Shown piece after piece: positions 57,521 through 64,000 of a stretch of DNA of 64,000 nt. The stretch covers positions 62,001 through 126,000 of the forward strand of contig NIVC01002596.1 of assembly GCA_002269645.1 (NCBI GenBank). The letters run 5' to 3'. The notes under the pieces were generated by a model that was not told the origin of the DNA, searched no databases, and saw only the letters and a program-made list of their open reading frames with translations. Made by a program: the position numbers and the translations under genes. The stretch comes from Macrostomum lignano. Lineage: Eukaryota. The number at the start of each line of letters is the position of its first letter. Position 1 is the first letter of the stretch.

Positions 57521-60500
57521 TCAGACATAAGTGCAATTCTGCACGGAAAGCGAAGCCAGAGAGCTCAAAAGTCCATCGTCATCTTCATGCAGACGCTGCG
57601 AGTCTCTGTGCCCCGATGTGCCAGTAGCATTCTCTGAAATTCAATTATTGCCTTTATTACTACTGATAATAATCGAAATTCAGTAGAGTGAATAGAATTG
57701 TATTTTGAAAAAGCACTACCTGATTGGCTGATCGTCGCTTCCTCAAAATTCTGAAGCATAAAATATGAAGACACATCATTCCCTGACACATCAACATTAT
57801 AACCAATACGATCGTAAATAATGAGGCACAAGGAAACAAGGAAAACAATCATGAAATCAACCAACCTCCGTCGGCTGCCTGCCCGTGTCGGGCGTCAACG
57901 GCGCTGTGTACACGTTTGCACTGTCCGAGTCGGGCGAATCTCTCGGACAGCTGCCCCCGGACAGTGGCCGGACTGCGGGTTTGCAAAGCGAATAGTTGGA
58001 ATCGCGATTTTGGGATTCTGGGGAAGGCCAAGCAGGGGACTATCCATCTAATTGCAGCACCCCCTCTCCTCCTGTCCCCTGTGACAGCACCCTCCCCTCC
58101 GCTCCTGTCCCTGTGACAGCACCCTCCCCTCCGCTCCTGTCCCTGTGACAGCACCCTCTTCTCTCCTCCTTTCCCCTGTGACAGCACCCTTCCCTCTCCT
58201 CCTGTCCCCTGTGACAGCACCCTCCCCTCTCCTCCTATCCCCTGTGACAGCACCCTCCCCTCTCCTGTCCCCTGTGACAGCACCCTTCCCTCTCCTGTCC
58301 CCTGTGACAGCACCCTCCCCTCTCCTCCTGTCCCCTGTGACAGCACCCTCCCCTCTCCTCCTGTCCCCTGTGACAGCACCCTTCCCTCTCCTGTCCCCTG
58401 TGACAGCACCCTCACCTCTGATGCTGTCCCCTGTGACATCACCCTCACCTCTGCTCCTGTCCCCTGTGACAGCACCCTTCCCCTCTGCTCTGTCCCCTGT
58501 GACAGCACCCTCTTCTCTCCTCCTGTCCCCTGTGACAGCACCCTTCCCCTCTGATCCTGTCCCCTGTGACAGCACCCTCTTCTCTCCTCCTGTCCCCTGT
58601 GACAGCACCCCCTCTCCTCCTGTCCCCTGTGACAGCACCCTCCCCCTCTCCTCCTGTCCCTGTGACAGCACCCTCCCCTCCGCTCCTGTCCCTGTGACAG
58701 CACCCTCTTCTCTCCTCCTTTCCCCTGTGACAGCACCCTTCCCTCTCCTCCTGTCCCCTGTGACAGCACCCTCCCCTCTCCTCCTATCCCCTGTGACAGC
58801 ACCCTCCCCTCTCCTGTCCCCTGTGACAGCACCCTTCCCTCTCCTGTCCCCTGTGACAGCACCCTCCCCTCTCCTCCTGTCCCCTGTGACAGCACCCTCC
58901 CCTCTCCTCCTGTCCCCTGTGACAGCACCCTTCCCTCTCCTGTCCCCTGTGACAGCACCCTCACCTCTGATGCTGTCCCCTGTGACAGCACCCTTCCCTT
59001 CTGCTCCTGTCCCCTGTGACAGCACCCTCTTCTCTCCTCCTGTCCCCTGTGACAGCATCCTCCTGCTGGTATCTCATCAGCCCCCTCACCAGTGGGCGGC
59101 TTGCACGCTGACAGGACTTCCGTCTCCTCGGGGTTGCCTCCTGGCGCACCCGGTTGCCGGGCGGTTCGCCGGCTCCAGCGCCCGCGGCCTCTCCGACACC
59201 GCAGGCAGGCGATGGCGGCCAGCAGCGGCGCTGAGACGCCTAGAGTGGCCGTTACCATAGCAACCAATACTACTATACTGGCGTCCGAAGCGACTGAAGC
59301 CACGGCCCAAGAAGACGAAGGAAACTGCCGGGCTGGCGGCGGCGGCGGCGTCTCAACAATGGTGACCTGCAACAGCGATTGTCTGTGAGGCGTCATCCAC
59401 ACCGATCCAGCCGGGCACTTGAGCTCCCATACCCTGACACCTAAGTCTCCATACCCTGACACCTAAGTCTCCATTCACTGACACCTAAGCTCCCATACCC
59501 TGACACCTAAGCTCCCATTCCCTGACACCTAAGCTCCCAGTCCCTGACACCTAAGCTCCCATACCCTGACACCTAAGCTCCCATTCCCTGACACCTAAGC
59601 TCCCATTCCCTGACACCTAAGCTCCCATTCCCTGACACCTAAGCTCCCATTCCCTGACACCTAAGCTCCCATTCCCTGACACCTAAGCTCCCATTCCCTG
59701 ACACCTAAGCTCCCATACCCTGACACCTAAGCTCCCATTCCCTGACACCTAAGCTCCCATACCCTGACACCTAAGCTCCCATTCCCTGACACCTAAGCTC
59801 CCATTCCCTGACATGATGAAAAGATGATGATGCCGGGCACAATTTAAAAGTCAAAGAGGCTGCTGTACACCCTGTGTGAGCGTGGGCGCACTCAGAAAAG
59901 TCCCCAATCCCTCGGGCACCTGCAGCATCGCAGTGCTGGACATCGGCGGCTTCCCGCAGTCCTCAGCCGTCAGCTCCAGCACGAAGACCGCGCCCAGCAG
60001 CTTCCGCCGCGTCTCCTTCGTCAGCGTTGCCGCCAAAGTTGTCAGGTCGCCGGAGCCTGGCGCCACTTCAAAGAGTTGCCGACCTTCCTCGGGTCGGACA
60101 CTTTTCAGTCGATAGGCGACTTTGCCGTTGGCTCCGGCGTCCGAGTCCGCAGCCCGGAGGCGGAGGATCGGTCGGCCTGCCGGGTGCTCCAGGCTGACGT
60201 TCACGGCGGCGGCGGAGGAGGCCGGCGGCTGCTGCCAGACGGGCCGGTTGTCGTTGAGGTCCAGGACCCGGACTCGAACCCGGGCTGACGATCGGCCGTC
60301 CGCGCCGTCGTCAGCGACGATCTGATGGCGATTTTTTTAAAAGTTTTCATTGTTAATGAAGGGATGCTTGAAGCCTGAGAACCTCAGGCTGGCCCAGCAA
60401 CTGAAGATCTTGGAGGCTGGCACAGCAACTGAAGATCTGGGAGGCTGGCCCAGCAACTGAAGATCTGGGAGGCTGGCCCAGCAACTGAAGATCTGGGAGG

Positions 60501-62730
60501 CTGGCCCAGCAACTGAGGACCTGGGAGGCTGGCCCAGCAACTGAGGATCTGGGAGGCTGGCCTAGTAACTGAGGATCTGGGAAGCTGGCCCGCCAACTGA
60601 GGATCTGGGAGGCTGGCCTAGCAACTGAGGATCTGGGAGGCTGGCCTAGCAACTGAGGATCTGGGAGGCTGGCCTAGCAACTGAGGATCTGGGAGGCTGG
60701 CCTAGCAACTGAGGATCTGGGAGGCTGGCCTAGCAACGGAGGATCTGGGAGGCTGGCCTAGCAACTGAGGATCTGGGAGGCTGGCCCAGCAACTGAGGAC
60801 CTTGGAGGTTCAAAAGATGCTGCTGAACTCGAAGCGGCTCGCCTGAAAATCGTAGACTTCGCGGGCCTCCCGGTTCAGCAGACGCCGCCCAGTGACCAGC
60901 CGGCCATCGTCAGTGACTTCGAAGGCGGCGTCGACCTCGCCGTCCGGCAGCAGCCGATAGGCGACTCGCCGATGCCTCGGCTCTGCGTCGCCGTCGATGG
61001 CCGCGACGCTGCCGATCAGCCGGCCGGGCGGCGAGTTCTCGGCTACGGCGAAGTCGAACCCGCCGGTGGGGGCGCCGACGAACTCCGGCCGGCAGTCGTT
61101 GACATCGACAATCTGGACAATGACGGTGGCGGTGGTGGTGTGGCGCGGCCGACCGGCCGGATCTTCGGAGTCGCCCAGATCCACGGCGCAGACCGTGACG
61201 TTGACCACGGGATCGAGCAGCGACTCGCGGTCGAAGCTGCGACGAGCTCGCAGCTCCCCGGTCAGTCGGTCGACGTCGAAATCCGGCGAAGAGGCCGGCG
61301 TTGAAGCTCCGCCGCTGCCGCAAAGTTGGTAGCGCAGCTCCGCGTTTTCGCCTTCGTCGGCGTCAACGGCAGAGAGCTGGGCGACTACTAGACCGGGAGG
61401 TTCGTTCTCGGGTAGGCGCACCGTCAGGGGGCTGCGCTCGAACACCGGCGGGGAGTCGTTCTCGTCGGTGACTCGAATCTGGGGGAGGGGTTTGGGATCA
61501 GGGGAGATTCGGGTTTGGGATCAGGGGAGATTCGGGTTTGGGATCAGGGGAGATTCGGGTTTGGGATCAGGGGAGATTCGGGTTTGGGATCAGGGGAGAT
61601 TCGGGTTTGGGATCAGAGGAGATTCAGGTTTGGGATCAGGGGAGATTCGGGTTTGGGATCAGGGGAGATTTGGGTTTGGGATCAGGGGAGATGTGGGTTT
61701 GGGATCAGAGGAGATTCGGGTTTGGGATCAGGGGAGATTTGGGTTTGGGATCAGGGGAGATGTGGGTTTGGGATCAGAGGAGATTCGGGTTTGGGATCAG
61801 GGGAGATTCGGGTTTGGGATCAGGGGAGATGTGGATTTGGGATCAGGGAAGATGTGGCTTTGGGATCAGGGGAGATGTGGATTTGGGATCAGGGGAGATT
61901 TGGGTTTGGGATCAGGGGAGATGTGGGTTTGGGATCAGGGGAGATGTGGCTTTGGGATCAGGGGAGATTCGGGTTCGGGATCAGGGGAGATTTGGATTTG
62001 GGATCAGGGGAGATTCGGGTTTGGGATCAGGGGAGATTTGGGTTTGAGATCAGGGGAGATTTGGGATCTGGCAACTCACCTGAAGTCGCCTCTCTGTCAG
62101 CAGACTCGGCGAGCCGTTGTCGTTGCAGACGATCTTGACGCTGGTCACGCCGGGCGGCGGCAGGGACTCGCGATCGAATCGGCGACTGGTAACCAGGCGG
62201 AACTGGCCGCGAGCCGACCTGTACAGCGGCAGCAGCCCGAAGTCCGATTGGGGCTCTGACTGGCAGCTCACAGGCGGCTGCTGCTCAGGGCTGCTGCGGT
62301 GATGGAGCATCGGGGACGGGCGATTGATGGTCGTGATGGTGATGATGAGGATGATGATGGTGATGATGATGATAGTGGTGATGATGGTGATGATGAGGAT
62401 GATGATGATGATGGTGATGATGATGGTGATGATGATGGTGATGATGATGGTGATGATGATGGTGGTGATGATGATGGTGATGATGATGGTGATGATGATG
62501 GTGATGATGATGATGATGGTGATGATGATGGTGATGATGATGGTGATGATGATGATGGTGATGATGGTGGTGTTGATGATGGTGATGATGGTTATGATGA
62601 TGATGAGGATGATGATAATGATGATGATGATGGTGGTGATGATGATGTTGGTGGTGATGATGATGGTGATGATGATGGTGATGATGGTGATGATGATGGT
62701 GGTGATGATGATGGTGATGATGATGGTGAT

Positions 62731-62763
<33 letters not shown>

Positions 62764-63010
62764 GATGATGAGGATGATGATGATGATGGTGATGATGATG
62801 GTGATGATGATAATGATGATGACTAGCTTATCAAAAGTCACCCAGCAAAGTCCCGCACCCTGGCCATTTGTCATCGCCGTCACTGACATCCAGCGAAGCC
62901 ACCAAGGTGTTCACTGGCGCGTTCTCGGCCACCTCCAGCTGGTCAGGATCGGAGCCGGCGCCCATGACGGAGATCACGGGTGGGTTGTCGTTCTCGTTGA
63001 TCAGTTCCAC
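57521..63010 (-). CDS. Protocadherin/cadherin-repeat protein, 3' part; exons 63010-62859, 62293-62080, 61478-60843, 60321-59920, 59366-59090, and tentatively 57972-57862 and 57633-57521; the 5' part lies beyond the window
   Basis: Cadherin motifs ENDNPP, DENDSPPVF, DxDxGxN, FDRE, DVNDCRP and DLNDNRP. TM segment SIVVLVAMVTATLGVSAPLLAAIACL. The tentative last exon ends CTYV-stop, which resembles a PDZ ligand. Confidence 0.88.
58070..59058. repeat. ~27-30-bp minisatellite (CCCTCTCCTCCTGTCCCCTGTGACAGCA) in a protocadherin intron
   Basis: Visible array. Confidence 0.93.
59422..59812. repeat. 22-bp minisatellite (CCATTCCCTGACACCTAAGCTC)
   Basis: Visible array in the intron 59367-59919. Confidence 0.93.
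60385..60800. repeat. 28-bp minisatellite (CAACTGAGGATCTGGGAGGCTGGCCTAG)
   Basis: Visible array in the intron 60322-60842. Confidence 0.93.
61490..62068. repeat. 23-bp minisatellite (GGGGAGATTCGGGTTTGGGATCA)
   Basis: Visible array filling the intron 61479-62079. Confidence 0.93.
62325..62822. repeat. (GAT/GGT)n trinucleotide microsatellite
   Basis: Fills nearly all of the intron 62294-62858. Confidence 0.97.
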
Positions 63011-63099
63011 CTGGAGGGTTGATGTTGTCCTGGTGCTTGGAGACTTTATGTCCAATGATTTTGATTGCTGATTCACTGGCTCATGATTCAATGACTCCT

Positions 63100-64000
63100 G
63101 ATTCCCCGACTCCTGATTCACTGACTCCTCATTCACCGACTCCTCATTCACTGACTCGTCATTCACCGACTCCTCATTCACTGACTCCTCATTCACTGAC
63201 TCTTCATCCACCGACTCCTCATTCACCGACTCCTCATTCACCGACTCCTCATTCACTGACTCCTCATTCACCGACTCCTCATTCACTGACTCGTCATTCA
63301 CCGACTCCTCATTCACCGACTCCTCATTCACCGACTCCTCATTCACCGACTCCTCATTCACCGACTCCTCATTCACCGACTCCTCATTCACCGACTCCTC
63401 ATTCACCGACTCCTCATTCACCGACTCCTCATTCACCGACTCCTCATTCACCGACTCCTCATTCATCAAATTCTCATTCACCGAATCCTCATTCACCGAC
63501 TCCTCATTCACTGACTCCTCATTCACCGACTCCTCATTCACCGACTCCTCATTCACCGACTCCTCATTCACCGACTCCTCATTCACCGACTCCTCATTCA
63601 CCGACTCCTCATTCACCGACTCCTCATTCACCGACTCCTCATTCACCGACTCCTCATTCACTGACTCGTCATTCACCGACTCCTCATTCACTGACTCGTC
63701 ATTCACCGACTCCTCATTCACCGACTCCTCATTCACCGACTCCTCATTCACCGACTCCTCATTCACCGACTCCTCATTCACCGACTCCTCATTCACCGAC
63801 TCCTCATTCACCGACTCCTCATTCACCGACTCCTCATTCACTGACTCCTCATTCACCGACTCCTCATTCACCGACTCCTCATTCACCGACTCCTCATTCA
63901 CCGACTCCTCATTCACCGACTCCTCATTCACTGACTCCTCATTCACCGACTCCTCATTCACCGACTCCTCATTCACTGACTCCTCATTCACCGACTCTTC
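63100..64000. repeat. 15-bp minisatellite (CTCCTCATTCACCGA)
   Basis: Visible array running to the window end. It produces the spurious EESVN ORF. Confidence 0.96.

Noticed and set aside
62859-62880. Apparent frameshift in the protocadherin DxD loop (an AAT GGC CAG 'NGQ' reading in another frame)
   Set aside because: The phase-2 splice DGDDKWPG|SPEQQ keeps the frame with the next exon, so no frameshift is needed.

Overview
Eukaryotic, intron-rich animal DNA with GC-rich exons and minisatellite-filled introns. The style suggests a free-living flatworm such as Macrostomum, but that is inference only. Host genes: RPL8 (minus strand) and a DDX3/PL10 DEAD-box helicase (plus) arranged head-to-head across a ~12 kb AT-rich, CpG-depleted block; a multi-exon K+-dependent Na+/Ca2+ exchanger (SLC24/NCKX, plus); and the 3' part of a protocadherin (minus). 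The main finding is an 11.6 kb Ty3/gypsy-type LTR element (23764-35361, minus) in DDX3 intron 3, with 918-bp near-identical LTRs and a 4-bp TSD. A single reading frame runs Gag(CCHC), internal signal peptide, gB-like glycoprotein with furin site and TM helix, protease, RT, RNase H and integrase. The env-like region therefore lies between gag and pol. The frame carries ESCRT late-domain-like motifs and is followed by two paralogous double-RING genes. This copy is broken by one in-frame TAA and a 297-bp hAT-type MITE. A second, intact and very compact Mag-like gypsy element (39728-44052) is also present, along with MITE, SINE and mariner relics. Most long ORFs in the supplied track are artefacts of tandem repeats.
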